A stretch of DNA of 64,000 nucleotides from the NCBI GenBank assembly GCA_040753015.1, contig JBFMHM010000002.1:36319-100318 (forward strand), written 5' to 3'. Each line of letters opens with the position of its first letter. Within the stretch, counting starts at the first letter, position 1. This DNA comes from Candidatus Omnitrophota bacterium (GTDB taxonomy: Bacteria; Omnitrophota; Gorgyraeia; Gygaellales; JBFMHM01). Positions 10,905-21,494 of this stretch are shown one piece after another. Position numbers and translations under genes: made by a program. The notes beneath the pieces are model-generated. The model searched no databases and had not been told where the DNA came from. It was given only the letters and a program-made list of their open reading frames with translations.

Positions 10905-11951
10905 TCACATAACCCTTAAAGGGGTATTATACGCAAAATAACAATACCTACAAAAATTATTAATGAATATATTTTCCATGTCTTTTCTCTTAAAAGCTTC
11001 TCGCAAAGAAAGATAAAAATCGTTATTAAACGGATCTGCTTGAGTAAAAATATTACCATATTTAATATCAGGTGGGACCATGAAACAGCATGGTGCAACA
11101 CTACCCTCGATATCAACCGAAATCATATTCTTTAAAAAAATGCAAAATTTAATATTTTTCGTTTCCCTTGGAATCAATACCGGGTAAGTAATATCTATAG
11201 GTGCTTTTCTATATTTGTTTTTCAAGCGATTAATATATTCAGTAATTTCAATATTATCACCATAAATTAATTTTGTCTTTGCTTCTTCTTGGTTTCGTGG
11301 AAAATAATGGTTAAAATTTATAGCGTCGACCCCGAGCTCAATGCTTTTATCTATTAACTGGCTCATTATTGTATAATTTTCTCTTGAAATAACCTTGCAT
11401 AAAAGAATGTAAAGTTTTATTTTCCTCTCATTTCTTTCCTTTATTATTTTCTCAATCTGCGGCTGGACTATAGAAAAGTATTCGTTATAATGGCTCACCA
11501 TTAAGGAATCAATACCAGAACTAAATAGCTGTTCACGATAATTTTTAAGCAACGTGCCATTTGTCACCAAAGATACGGCGATTCCCTTTTGAGATGCTAA
11601 ACGAGCAAATTCAAAAAATTGTGGATGCAATAGTGGCTCACCTCCAGTTAGAGAAACCCGAATCACATTTTTGAAAATATCGTATTCTAAAAACTTTTTA
11701 AATTCTTCGATGTTCATATCTCTCTCGCACATTTTCTCCCAAGGAAAATAGCAAAAATCGCATTTTAAATTACATTTATTATTTATAAAAACGCCCATAA
11801 CTGTCGGTGTATAATTAACTACTATTCTCTTGAAAAGAAGAATATCAATACCTTGCTTAAACAAATTACTAAGTTGATTGGGTTTTAACCCCTTTCTCAA
11901 ATACCACACTGCTGTTTTTTTTAATTTATTTATACTGTCTAATAAGAACAT
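10905..11951 (-). CDS. Radical SAM protein with SPASM/twitch domain
   Basis: CNLKCDFC, TGGEPLLHP, TNGTLL, C-terminal FC...GSVAPCC...GNI...CRYC. Confidence 0.9.
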   Translation of the reverse strand: MFLLDSINKLKKTAVWYLRKGLKPNQLSNLFKQGIDILLFKRIVVNYTPTVMGVFINNKCNLKCDFCYFPWEKMCERDMNIEEFKKFLEYDIFKNVIRVSLTGGEPLLHPQFFEFARLASQKGIAVSLVTNGTLLKNYREQLFSSGIDSLMVSHYNEYFSIVQPQIEKIIKERNERKIKLYILLCKVISRENYTIMSQLIDKSIELGVDAINFNHYFPRNQEEAKTKLIYGDNIEITEYINRLKNKYRKAPIDITYPVLIPRETKNIKFCIFLKNMISVDIEGSVAPCCFMVPPDIKYGNIFTQADPFNNDFYLSLREAFKRKDMENIFINNFCRYCYFAYNTPLRVM

Positions 11952-11970
11952 ATTAAATCCGTATTCATAT

Positions 11971-13719
11971 TCATTTACTATGAACTAAATAATTCCCAAT
12001 TGCAAGATACTTTAATCCCCCTTCTAGGTGACTTCGTAAAGCATCTTCGGGTATGCCTACTATTGGTTCATTATGTATGTTAAAACTCGTATTAATCAAA
12101 ACTGGTATGCCAGTTTTTTCATAGTACTTATGTAAAATATCATAGAAATGGGGATTATTCTCTTTATAAACAAGCTGGGGACGCGCTGTCCCATCAATAT
12201 GAACAACGGCAGGACATTTTTCTTTCATCCAATCAGAACAATTACAAGTAATAGTCATAAATTCTGCAGTATACTCCTTACCCTTTATATCTGTAAAAAG
12301 CTTTGAGGCATGCTCCGCTAAGATGGCTGGAGCAAATGGCATAAATTCAGATCTTTTAAGCTTATGATTCAACCAATTGTTTACCTCTGGATCTCCCGCA
12401 TGATAAAGAATCGACCTATTGCCAAGGGCGCGTGGCCCATATTCCATACGCCCATTGTACACCGCTATCACCTCATAATTACTGAGTAACCGCGCTATTT
12501 CGTCATTAATATCTTCGAAATAATCATAAGCCGTAATTCCTAATTTTTTAATCGCCAATAATATATCTTCGTTTGAATAGGTACCTCCAAAAAATACATT
12601 CTTGATTCGTTTGCGTTCTCCATTAAGAATATCGCCATTCGCACAAGCAAGAAGGGCTGCTCCTAATGGTTGCCCGCAATCACTCATCCCGGGATGGATA
12701 TAAATATTATCTACCTCGGTTACGTTATGAAGTTTTTGATTAAGCCTAACATTTGCAGCAGTACCACCTGAAAAAAGAATATTTTTTGCGTTATATTTTT
12801 GACAAATTTGTGAAACTATCTGAATAATACAATCTTCTAATCTTTTTTGAAAAGCAGCCGCGATGTTTTCCTTTGATTCATTTTTGAAAAAATCCGGCAA
12901 TCTTCCACTTTTAGCATATTCCACGCCCAAAGTATAAACAAGTGGACTTAATTGAATATTCCATCCCGAAACCCACATAAGTTTTGAAACCTCAGAATAT
13001 AATATATCCGGGTTTCCGTAAGCAGCAAGACCAGTAATCTTTCCACAATGGATAACAGGATTAAACCCAAGTATTTCAGCACTTAGTTCGTAAAAATGAC
13101 CTGGAGAATGAGGAAAATAAGAAGTACAAAGCCGAGTAAACTTCCCTTTATCTATTAGATCAACCTTAAAACATGCTTTGCCATCTGTTCCTTCCGAAAC
13201 AACAGAAAGACAGGAAGTTTTAAAATCAGAAGTTAAATATGCTGTTGCAACATGGCAATCATGGTGATCATAATATTCAATCTTACCCCTAAAACCTTTA
13301 AGTATTTTTTTTAGCTTCCATAATTGAAACACATAACAATAAAGATAACGCGGCAATCCAGTTGCACAAATTAGATTAATCAAAACCGACTTTATGCCAA
13401 TCTTTACTATGCGCTTTTTTTGTGCTGGATAATAGAATTTCCAAAGATTCTTACCTTTTGTAAACGGAATTAATTTGTAATAAACATCCCCATTACCTAG
13501 TATGGGGTTATTTTTATTTAATATCGAAACAGCGATGATATCGATATCTTCTGGTTTAATTTTTGTAAATGACAACGCCTCTTTAACTGCAAGAAACGGC
13601 ATTGAAGTAATCATTTTATTGCGCGCATACCTTTCTTCACTAGCGGCAAAAATAATGTCACCATCTTTTAGAAGCGCCGCCCCGCTTTCATGGCCGGCAC
13701 TAATACCTAAAATAATCAT
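11971..13719 (-). CDS. Carbamoyltransferase (NodU/CmcH family)
   Basis: HESGAAL, EERY, HHDCH, GKITGLAAYG, SGGTAANV, GRMEYGPRALGNRSIL, VHIDGTARPQ, NTSFNIH. Confidence 0.93.
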   Translation of the reverse strand: MIILGISAGHESGAALLKDGDIIFAASEERYARNKMITSMPFLAVKEALSFTKIKPEDIDIIAVSILNKNNPILGNGDVYYKLIPFTKGKNLWKFYYPAQKKRIVKIGIKSVLINLICATGLPRYLYCYVFQLWKLKKILKGFRGKIEYYDHHDCHVATAYLTSDFKTSCLSVVSEGTDGKACFKVDLIDKGKFTRLCTSYFPHSPGHFYELSAEILGFNPVIHCGKITGLAAYGNPDILYSEVSKLMWVSGWNIQLSPLVYTLGVEYAKSGRLPDFFKNESKENIAAAFQKRLEDCIIQIVSQICQKYNAKNILFSGGTAANVRLNQKLHNVTEVDNIYIHPGMSDCGQPLGAALLACANGDILNGERKRIKNVFFGGTYSNEDILLAIKKLGITAYDYFEDINDEIARLLSNYEVIAVYNGRMEYGPRALGNRSILYHAGDPEVNNWLNHKLKRSEFMPFAPAILAEHASKLFTDIKGKEYTAEFMTITCNCSDWMKEKCPAVVHIDGTARPQLVYKENNPHFYDILHKYYEKTGIPVLINTSFNIHNEPIVGIPEDALRSHLEGGLKYLAIGNYLVHSK

Positions 13720-13729
13720 ACAATACCCC

Positions 13730-15058
13730 TCAGATCAGATGATTATGCTTCTTAACTGAATTGACAAATTCTTTTGCAACACTTACAGATGTATTCAATA
13801 CGGTTGACCGCGGATAAAACTGAGAAGTATTAACAAGAAAACCATTATTAAAAATAGTTTTTCTTTCTGGTATAAGCTTCGAGTAACCTATTGAGCGAAA
13901 AGTTTCAATGCGCTTTCCTCTGCTTAATTCAAAACCAGCTATCCACGATTCATTAAATTCTTTATTAATTTTTTTAAGATAAGGTAAATATAGTGAGAAT
14001 ATTTCTTCCTTAGTTTTATAAAAAAATGTATCTCCGTCAAAAATATATTTTGATATATAAAAAATTGAATAATCATTAAAATCTACTTTTGGATAAACAT
14101 TAGTAAGACCAATAACACCGGTAAAAGGCATTGATGAATCTTGCAAATTTAACATATAAAAAGGGGTGAGCGGCTTTGTTAATTTTAAAATAAACGATAA
14201 ATTATCGAGATAAATAATTTGTTTCAGTTTATTTTTATAATCTAAATAATTTCCTTCAATAAGCTCGCTAAAATCAAGATTTGATATAGTAAAAATATAA
14301 TTTTCTGACTTTATATTACCATCTTCTAATTCTATTCTATCGATTGTATTATTTTTATCTGCAATAACTTTCTGAACAGCATTTCCTTTTATAATTTTTA
14401 CACCGCTTTTCTTCAAATAATTCTCTAGAGCGTCTATCAATGTTTTAGGGGTCCCTTTTATATAACCCATCTTTTGAGAAAAATTTGTTCTTCGCGAAGA
14501 AGATAGCCTATTCATGCGGCTCCACATATCAACAGCGGTTAAGGATTTAATAGTATTGCCAAACTTTGATCTCATAATTGGTTGCCACAATAATCTATAA
14601 TTACTTTCTCCTCCAATTGAAATTAACCATTCTTTTACAGATGTTGACTCTATCGCTTTCCAATCCTTTTGACATTTAGCATAGAATAAAGTATACATTA
14701 ATCGAAATTTATCAATAATGGAAAGATTTGGATAAGTAAGAAGTTCTTTGAGCGTGCTAATAGAATAAGATTTTTGACCATCGAATACTCCCATGCGTGT
14801 AACATTAAATCCATAAGAGTTTTTAATCCCCAATTCATCCATTAGATTAAAAATACAACTATCTTCAAGAAGTAAAATATGATAAAAACGACTAACGATT
14901 GTTTCATCAACTTTTATCCATGAGCATGCTCCGCCTAAATTGTTTTCTTTTTCAACAACAGTTATATCGGTATAGCCGCTTTTATCTAGAAAATATGCGA
15001 TTGATAAACCCAAAAGCCCTCCGCCGATCACAGTTATTTTTGTTTTTAAAGTAGGCAT
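13730..15058 (-). CDS. FAD-dependent oxidoreductase (amine oxidase/protoporphyrinogen oxidase-like, glycan-cluster type)
   Basis: VIGGGLLG dinucleotide fold, EK...LGG, RFYH. Confidence 0.8.
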   Translation of the reverse strand: MPTLKTKITVIGGGLLGLSIAYFLDKSGYTDITVVEKENNLGGACSWIKVDETIVSRFYHILLLEDSCIFNLMDELGIKNSYGFNVTRMGVFDGQKSYSISTLKELLTYPNLSIIDKFRLMYTLFYAKCQKDWKAIESTSVKEWLISIGGESNYRLLWQPIMRSKFGNTIKSLTAVDMWSRMNRLSSSRRTNFSQKMGYIKGTPKTLIDALENYLKKSGVKIIKGNAVQKVIADKNNTIDRIELEDGNIKSENYIFTISNLDFSELIEGNYLDYKNKLKQIIYLDNLSFILKLTKPLTPFYMLNLQDSSMPFTGVIGLTNVYPKVDFNDYSIFYISKYIFDGDTFFYKTKEEIFSLYLPYLKKINKEFNESWIAGFELSRGKRIETFRSIGYSKLIPERKTIFNNGFLVNTSQFYPRSTVLNTSVSVAKEFVNSVKKHNHLI

Positions 15059-15060
15059 AT

Positions 15061-16527
15061 TTAATCTCGCATGCTTAAAAATGGACTCTTAATGGATATA
15101 CCAAATAGCCCTTTAATAGAACAAAAGCCTCTAAAATATTTTTTAAAATCGCTTAGTGTTCTTATTTTTCTAAAACTTTTCAAAATATATTTTGGTGATA
15201 AATAAAATGTCCTAAAAGCATGTTGATATAATGCTATCATCTTTTCTTTACCAATCTTAGGATTTATATATAATGGATTTTTTTGATCCATCCATTGCCG
15301 ATAGTCTGCCCAATCAATATTTTCTATAAGCCCGCCGTCTTGTTTGCAGAGATCGTATAGTTCTGTTCCCGGAAATGGTACAGGCATAAAAAATACGGGA
15401 AAATCAATATTCATAGCTTTGACGAAATGGATCGTGTTCTTAACCATCGTCTCATCTTCTCCTGGAAGACAGAGAATAACGCTTCCTATTGTTTCAATAC
15501 CAGCATTATGTACAGCTTCTATCCCACAAACTATCTGGCTGACCGTAATATTCTTCTTTATTAAGTCGAGACTAGCTTGATTAGCACTTTCGATACCCAA
15601 AGATATATTCCAGCATCCTGCTTTTTTCATAAGACGACAAAGCTCATTATCAACCAGATCACATCGCGTGTAGCATGACCAGTGTATATTTATCTTGTTT
15701 TCAAGCAATTTTTCGCATAGACTCATCACCCAATTTCTATTAATGGTAAATACGCTATCATGAAATATAACACCTTTCATTCCATAATAATCACAAAGAA
15801 ACTTAATCTCCTCAATAGCTCTTTTAATGCTTATTTGTCGCAGCTTTTTTCCATGAATTCTCGAATCGCAATAAACGCAACCATAAGGGCATCCCCTTTG
15901 AACAAGCATACCGTATGTTGGTAATTGTTTATAATTACTTGGTGGCGGTATATATTTATCCATATGAAGAAGGTGATAAGGAAACAAGGGAATGTCGTCA
16001 ATATTTTCGATTGGTAAAGGCAACACATTACTCCTTATACCATCCTTGCTTCTAAAAACAAGGCCTTCAATTATCGAAAAATCAAAATCGTCGTTAGATA
16101 ATGTCTCGGTAAGCTTTAGAAATTGGCATTCTCCTTCACCTCGTACGGCAAAATCAATATAAGGACATCTTTCCAATGTCTCTTGGGCGAATAATGTCGG
16201 ATGCGCGCCTCCTATGCATATTTTTGTGTTCGGCAAAACCTCTTTACATATTTTTGCTGTTGTAAAATAATTATCTGTTTGGCTCGTATAACAATTACCT
16301 AAACCAATAATATCAAACTTGTTGGCAATTAAATAACTCTTATAAGCGGCTTCATCCATCCCCATAGCGTAAGGATCGCAAATAGAAACATCATGCCCAT
16401 GTTTTCGCAAAACAGAAGCAATAGATAAAAGGCCGTGTGGCAAATATGCACCTGCGCCTTTACTATACTGCCCAAACATGTCTTCGGCATTAAGAAGCGC
16501 GGAAGATAATAATATTTTTATTTTCAT
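15061..16527 (-). CDS. Cobalamin-binding domain radical SAM protein
   Basis: LPHGLLSIAS, GGAHPT, RGEGE, RGCPYGCVYC, GIESA, PFPGT. Confidence 0.9.
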   Translation of the reverse strand: MKIKILLSSALLNAEDMFGQYSKGAGAYLPHGLLSIASVLRKHGHDVSICDPYAMGMDEAAYKSYLIANKFDIIGLGNCYTSQTDNYFTTAKICKEVLPNTKICIGGAHPTLFAQETLERCPYIDFAVRGEGECQFLKLTETLSNDDFDFSIIEGLVFRSKDGIRSNVLPLPIENIDDIPLFPYHLLHMDKYIPPPSNYKQLPTYGMLVQRGCPYGCVYCDSRIHGKKLRQISIKRAIEEIKFLCDYYGMKGVIFHDSVFTINRNWVMSLCEKLLENKINIHWSCYTRCDLVDNELCRLMKKAGCWNISLGIESANQASLDLIKKNITVSQIVCGIEAVHNAGIETIGSVILCLPGEDETMVKNTIHFVKAMNIDFPVFFMPVPFPGTELYDLCKQDGGLIENIDWADYRQWMDQKNPLYINPKIGKEKMIALYQHAFRTFYLSPKYILKSFRKIRTLSDFKKYFRGFCSIKGLFGISIKSPFLSMRD

Positions 16528-18458
16528 AAATTACCTTTGTGTAAAAACGAATATGCACTATTTTTATCTATAAAAATTTGATGCCACAATTCCAGGCACA
16601 ATATACCCCAAATCTGACGAACGTAATTACCTTCTTTTTCTAACAATTTTTCAACCTCTTTAACATTAAATAAGCCTCTCTTTCGAGCAGAATCGCTTAA
16701 AATAATACTTCTAACAAAATCACAAACGGGACCCTTTTTGAGCCATTCTTTCAAGGGAACAGGAAACCCCATCTTATCGCGCCGATCAAGTATTAAAGAA
16801 GGCAAAACATTTTTCATTGCTTCACGTAGGATATGCTTTAATCTCCCGCCATGAAATTTTAATGCGGGTGGTAGCGTATTTGCAAACTCTACGATTCGAT
16901 AATCTAAAAGTGGTACCCTAGACTCAAGTGATGCTGCCATGCTTACACGATCTTCTATATGCATAAGGGCTGGCAATAACGTCTTCTGATCAAAATGCAA
17001 CATTTTATTTATATATGATTTTGTGCCTGCGCTATTAAATACTGAAGCAAAATGTTCAAACATTTTCTCCTTACTATGCAAGGATTGCATTTCTTTACTA
17101 AGAACTGATTTTAAATCTCCGCCTCTATCGATTAGCTTAAAATATCTACTATCCATGGACTCGAAAAGGCCGGTTTTCCAAAATTCCTTAAGCATTGGCA
17201 CATATTCTTTTAAAGCAGGAAGATTTTTAATAATCGAATTTAAAGTTACAATATGCCTGCCTTCCTCTTGACTTTCATAAATTGCTCCCTTAATACATTG
17301 TTCTAGATAAGCTATTGCATAACGAGTATAACCTCCAAAAATTTCGTCACCGCCATGGCCGCCTAAAACAACTTTTACATGTTGCGCAGCAAAGCTAGAA
17401 ACAACATATTGCGGTAAAAGGCCAGGGCCAGCCACCGGCTCATCCATACAATAAATAAGCTTTGGCATTAATCGTATAAAGCCATTTTCTTCTATCGTAA
17501 CAAAATGAAGTTTAGTATTTATGTTTTTAGCTACAACCTTTGCGTACTTACTTTCATCAAACAAAATACCTTCTTTAAACTTTCCAGTAAAACATTGAAA
17601 ATCGTTGCCGTATAACCGACCAGCCAAGCTCGCTACAACACTAGAATCAATACCACCGCTTAAATATGCCCCTAAAGACACATCGCTACGCAATTGAAGC
17701 TGTATAGAATCCTCCAAGAGAAACTTCAATCTATCTATTGAATATGCCTTACTATGCCTTGTGTCAACTTTATAATTCTGCTTCCAATATTCTTGTATCT
17801 GAAATTTATCACCATCTGAAAGAAACCAATTAATTTTATGCGCAGGCTCTAATTTCTTTATTCCCTTAAATAAAGTTTTATTATTAAAACAAAATTGGAA
17901 TGTAAGATACTCCTCTAATCCATCATAATTAACTTCGGCACGAATGCGAGGATGCTGAAGTATAGCTTTTATTTCTGAAGCAAATACAATGTTTCCGTTG
18001 GGAAATGCGTAGTAATAAAATGGCTTAATACCGAATTGATCACGTGCGGCAAAAAAAATCTTTTTTCTGCTATCAAAAATCGCAAAAGAAAACATACCAT
18101 TAATATATTCTAGGCATTTTGGGCCTTTTTGTTCATACAATTTAAGCAATACTTCAGTGTCTGAAGTAGTTTTAAACTTAACCCCTTTAAGCGATAATTC
18201 TCTTTTAAGTTCAAGATAATTATATATTTCTCCATTCAGAACCAATACCACTTGCTTATCATCTGTCAACATTGGTTGATGACCATGGTTAATATCAATA
18301 ATAGATAGACGCTGATGTCCAAATATAAAATTTTTACCTTTTTCTATACCACAATCATCTGGCCCTCGATGAATAAGTGTTTTCATCATGGCGCGCACAA
18401 TGAGCTCATTTTTACTAGTATTTATATTTTCTCCGACAATTCCACATATACCGCACAT
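16524..18458 (-). CDS. asnB: Asparagine synthase family amidotransferase
   Basis: Start placed at MCGICG (ATG 18458) because Ntn enzymes need Cys at position 2; HRGPDD, LSGGIDSS, GHGGDEIFGGY, ESRVPLLD. Confidence 0.92.
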   Translation of the reverse strand: MCGICGIVGENINTSKNELIVRAMMKTLIHRGPDDCGIEKGKNFIFGHQRLSIIDINHGHQPMLTDDKQVVLVLNGEIYNYLELKRELSLKGVKFKTTSDTEVLLKLYEQKGPKCLEYINGMFSFAIFDSRKKIFFAARDQFGIKPFYYYAFPNGNIVFASEIKAILQHPRIRAEVNYDGLEEYLTFQFCFNNKTLFKGIKKLEPAHKINWFLSDGDKFQIQEYWKQNYKVDTRHSKAYSIDRLKFLLEDSIQLQLRSDVSLGAYLSGGIDSSVVASLAGRLYGNDFQCFTGKFKEGILFDESKYAKVVAKNINTKLHFVTIEENGFIRLMPKLIYCMDEPVAGPGLLPQYVVSSFAAQHVKVVLGGHGGDEIFGGYTRYAIAYLEQCIKGAIYESQEEGRHIVTLNSIIKNLPALKEYVPMLKEFWKTGLFESMDSRYFKLIDRGGDLKSVLSKEMQSLHSKEKMFEHFASVFNSAGTKSYINKMLHFDQKTLLPALMHIEDRVSMAASLESRVPLLDYRIVEFANTLPPALKFHGGRLKHILREAMKNVLPSLILDRRDKMGFPVPLKEWLKKGPVCDFVRSIILSDSARKRGLFNVKEVEKLLEKEGNYVRQIWGILCLELWHQIFIDKNSAYSFLHKGNL

Positions 18459-18462
18459 AACC

Positions 18463-19326
18463 CTAACCACCACCTATTCTGCAAGCAGCCGTCTTTTTTT
18501 TGTTACAATATGCATATTTTCTAATTGCTTCTTCTTTTGATTCATTATAAGTTTTTGAAAGGTTTCTATAGAAAATTTTCCATCCTCCAAATGGCCAATG
18601 ATAAAGCAATGCCATAACTAAATACCCAATTGTAGTTACGCTGCTTACCATCTTGCTATTACCTACCTTTTGGTCATACCGAAGGACAAACGGTATTTCT
18701 GTAAATTTACAACCTAAAAGATTTAATTTTATAACAGTCTCCAATGTTGAAGTAAAGCCCAATCCTTTAAGTTGTATAAAACCATTACCAAATATTTTAA
18801 CAGCATATTTTATAGCATGGCCGCGATAAGCCCTATATCCACAGGAATACTCTCTAACTCCTTTAACACCAAAAACCATCTTCATGAATAGATTAGCAAA
18901 ATAACTTACTAACGCCCTATAAACATTAACGCCTTTTTGACCACCGCCTGGCTTGAATCGTGAAGCAATAACAACATCATATCCATTCATAATTTGTTCA
19001 ATTAAGTATAAAAAATATCGAGGTTCGTGTGTATCATCGCAATCCATACGGATAACAATATCATCATTATCGCAACGCGAAGCAATATATTCAAACCCAT
19101 CCCTCTCCGTCTCTCCTAAACCCCGATTAATAACGTGATCAATAATATCTAAGGGTAATATATTAGTGTACCCTTGTAACACTAAAGATGTTTTATCTCT
19201 TGAGCCATCATTAACCACAACAATGCGATACTCAAATCCAATATTTTTGATACTATTCTCTATTTTAGGAAGCAAGCGAGGCAAAGAACCTTCTTCGTTA
19301 AAAACCGGTAACAGTATCCAAATCAT
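18463..19326 (-). CDS. GT2 glycosyltransferase (Dol-P-Man synthase-like)
   Basis: LLPVFNEE, VNDGSRD, NRGLG, MDCDDTH, IASRF, CGYRAY. Confidence 0.9.
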   Translation of the reverse strand: MIWILLPVFNEEGSLPRLLPKIENSIKNIGFEYRIVVVNDGSRDKTSLVLQGYTNILPLDIIDHVINRGLGETERDGFEYIASRCDNDDIVIRMDCDDTHEPRYFLYLIEQIMNGYDVVIASRFKPGGGQKGVNVYRALVSYFANLFMKMVFGVKGVREYSCGYRAYRGHAIKYAVKIFGNGFIQLKGLGFTSTLETVIKLNLLGCKFTEIPFVLRYDQKVGNSKMVSSVTTIGYLVMALLYHWPFGGWKIFYRNLSKTYNESKEEAIRKYAYCNKKKTAACRIGGG

Positions 19327-20660
19327 TATTTTCTATACTCCTTTTTATACATATCTTCATATATATAAAGATTGTTAAAAGTAAAGTATGAGCGATAAAG
19401 TAATTCTATTGGCGTTGGTGCCATCATAACAAAAGAATAATATTTATTACCTATTAAAGCTAAATTAGCAACAATCAGTGTAACAATTATAAAAACGCTT
19501 GCGATAAAACGTTTAAAAATTAATAAAAATCTATTATTATTTCGAATATCGAATATTAAAAAATATAAAAATTTCGCATTCAAAAGATATAATGGAAATA
19601 AAATTTGTAAATAATAATGAGCGGGTGTATAAGACTGGTACGGATTAGCACCAACCATTATAAATTCCGAAGCAAAAAATACGGTTAATATACATAAAAT
19701 CAATTTTAGTTCTCTCTTATTTAATAGAAATAAGCCCCCAACAGCACCAATCCACAAGTAATATGGAACAATTAGAATAAAATGGTTGGCTATTCTCAAC
19801 TTAAAAGAAATCCACCATTTTATAAGATCGAAATGCTGCGAAGTCACCCAGCGAAACATAGTATGGGTTAATGGCTGTTTTATAAAAGGCGTAACGAGAG
19901 AATAAACTGCTATAAGTCCAAGTAAGAGTACCGCATTTCTTTTAATAAATATCTCAAACCGCGAAGTAGCAATACCGTAAAAAAATAGAAATGGTAAGAA
20001 GTATATAGAACTAAAACTGGCAAATAATAATATTCCACTGAATAAGCCTAATATAAACGAATCACGTAATGCGTAAAATGAATCATTATTTGCAAAATGG
20101 TTAAGACGCAATGATAATGCGATTAATAAAACATAAGAAGCCAGCTGAAAAATTTCTGCCTTCCCTCCTGCGATTAGCGCTATAACAGCATAACTTGTCG
20201 CACATAAAAAACCAGCAAGGAGCCCAATTTTTTTCAAATTAAATATATAGCAACCAAGCCACCACATTGCATAAGAAACAACAGCCCATAAAATAATATT
20301 TATTATAAGATACGAGTTTTTTAATGTTGTAAAAAAAAGAAAAAAAGAAGATAGGAAAGGAATTAATATCCGATATTTATCTGGAGGATAATCGCAATAT
20401 ATGGCCGGTGATTTACCAGGAAAAATACCACCTAAAAAATACGCATTGCACATCAATCCATAACCTTCGGGATGCATCATTTCATTATCAATATCATTGT
20501 CATAACAATAACCGTGAGGATAATACGAAAGCACCTTACTCAATGTTGTATGTTGTAAACAATTAGTAATTAAAGGATCGATCTCTTTATGCAAAAATCC
20601 TTCCGTAACACATATAATTGCAAAAAACAAAAAAACCATAAAAGAAATATTTTTCTTCAT
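19326..20660 (-). CDS. Multi-TM membrane protein, probable GT-C-like transferase; paralog of 22950-24317
   Basis: About 10-12 hydrophobic segments; shares EGFLH, LSYYPHGY, PDKYR, LCATSY, KAEIFQL, GANPYQ, YYLQ and SYFTF with 22950-24317. Confidence 0.6.
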   Translation of the reverse strand: MKKNISFMVFLFFAIICVTEGFLHKEIDPLITNCLQHTTLSKVLSYYPHGYCYDNDIDNEMMHPEGYGLMCNAYFLGGIFPGKSPAIYCDYPPDKYRILIPFLSSFFLFFTTLKNSYLIINIILWAVVSYAMWWLGCYIFNLKKIGLLAGFLCATSYAVIALIAGGKAEIFQLASYVLLIALSLRLNHFANNDSFYALRDSFILGLFSGILLFASFSSIYFLPFLFFYGIATSRFEIFIKRNAVLLLGLIAVYSLVTPFIKQPLTHTMFRWVTSQHFDLIKWWISFKLRIANHFILIVPYYLWIGAVGGLFLLNKRELKLILCILTVFFASEFIMVGANPYQSYTPAHYYLQILFPLYLLNAKFLYFLIFDIRNNNRFLLIFKRFIASVFIIVTLIVANLALIGNKYYSFVMMAPTPIELLYRSYFTFNNLYIYEDMYKKEYRK

Positions 20661-21490
20661 AACAAAGCCCCGAGTATCAATAAATTATTTTCCATCAATG
20701 AATTCTTATTAGCTGCAGTGTGTTTTTTTGAAATAAAATATATAACGTTTTGAAATCTAAAACGCCGATTATAATATCTATCCGATATATCCTCAACTAT
20801 TCCATCAGTTTTAATTAATCGGCTATGCGGTATCTTTGGTAAAGGATGAACGCCGCTACTATAGCCAATCTTAAAAGCTTTTTTAGAAACAATTCTTATT
20901 GTAATTTTATCCTGATTCTTTAACAAATCTTTAGGCAGTTTTAATAAAAAATTATAGACTGGGAAAACATTGTAGAAAAATTTATCTGACTTATAGATTA
21001 TTAAAGATGATAATTTTCCTATATCATTTCCATTTATGTATATGCTAGAATTTTTAACATCGAAGTCTATCATCAATCGTAAGACAACTTCAATATTATC
21101 ATCGTTCATTAAACGATTAAATCTCCAATTTGATTTCGGAAGAAAAAAATCTTGTTCCATGGCTTCACCTGTATTCACTTGAAATTCCGAAAAAACAGTA
21201 GAATCTTTCCCGATGGGAAATTTTTTTACAGGATGAATGCGAGAACATAAAATAATTGCTGTAATTAAAATCAGAATGGACATTATGATTATCCTGCGAC
21301 AAAACCTAAGAGATGTAATAACCGCTGGATAATAAATAATATAAGTCATGATATATACTAACCAATGAGTCGGAGATATTACATACGCTATCAAAATTAT
21401 TAGTGGAATTATCGCATATATCCAGAATAACGAATTTTTCCTGAATCTATAACACCCCATAATCATATTACCGAATATTGTTGATAACAT
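20657..21490 (-). CDS. Hypothetical protein, 3 N-terminal TM segments plus soluble beta-rich domain; paralog of 24336-25139
   Basis: Shares FQV..GE..EQDF..PK.NW, VVLRL, YING, YSSG.HP, RLIK.DG and YY.RRFRF.NVIY with 24336-25139. Confidence 0.7.
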   Translation of the reverse strand: MLSTIFGNMIMGCYRFRKNSLFWIYAIIPLIILIAYVISPTHWLVYIMTYIIYYPAVITSLRFCRRIIIMSILILITAIILCSRIHPVKKFPIGKDSTVFSEFQVNTGEAMEQDFFLPKSNWRFNRLMNDDNIEVVLRLMIDFDVKNSSIYINGNDIGKLSSLIIYKSDKFFYNVFPVYNFLLKLPKDLLKNQDKITIRIVSKKAFKIGYSSGVHPLPKIPHSRLIKTDGIVEDISDRYYNRRFRFQNVIYFISKKHTAANKNSLMENNLLILGALL

Positions 21491-21494
21491 ATGT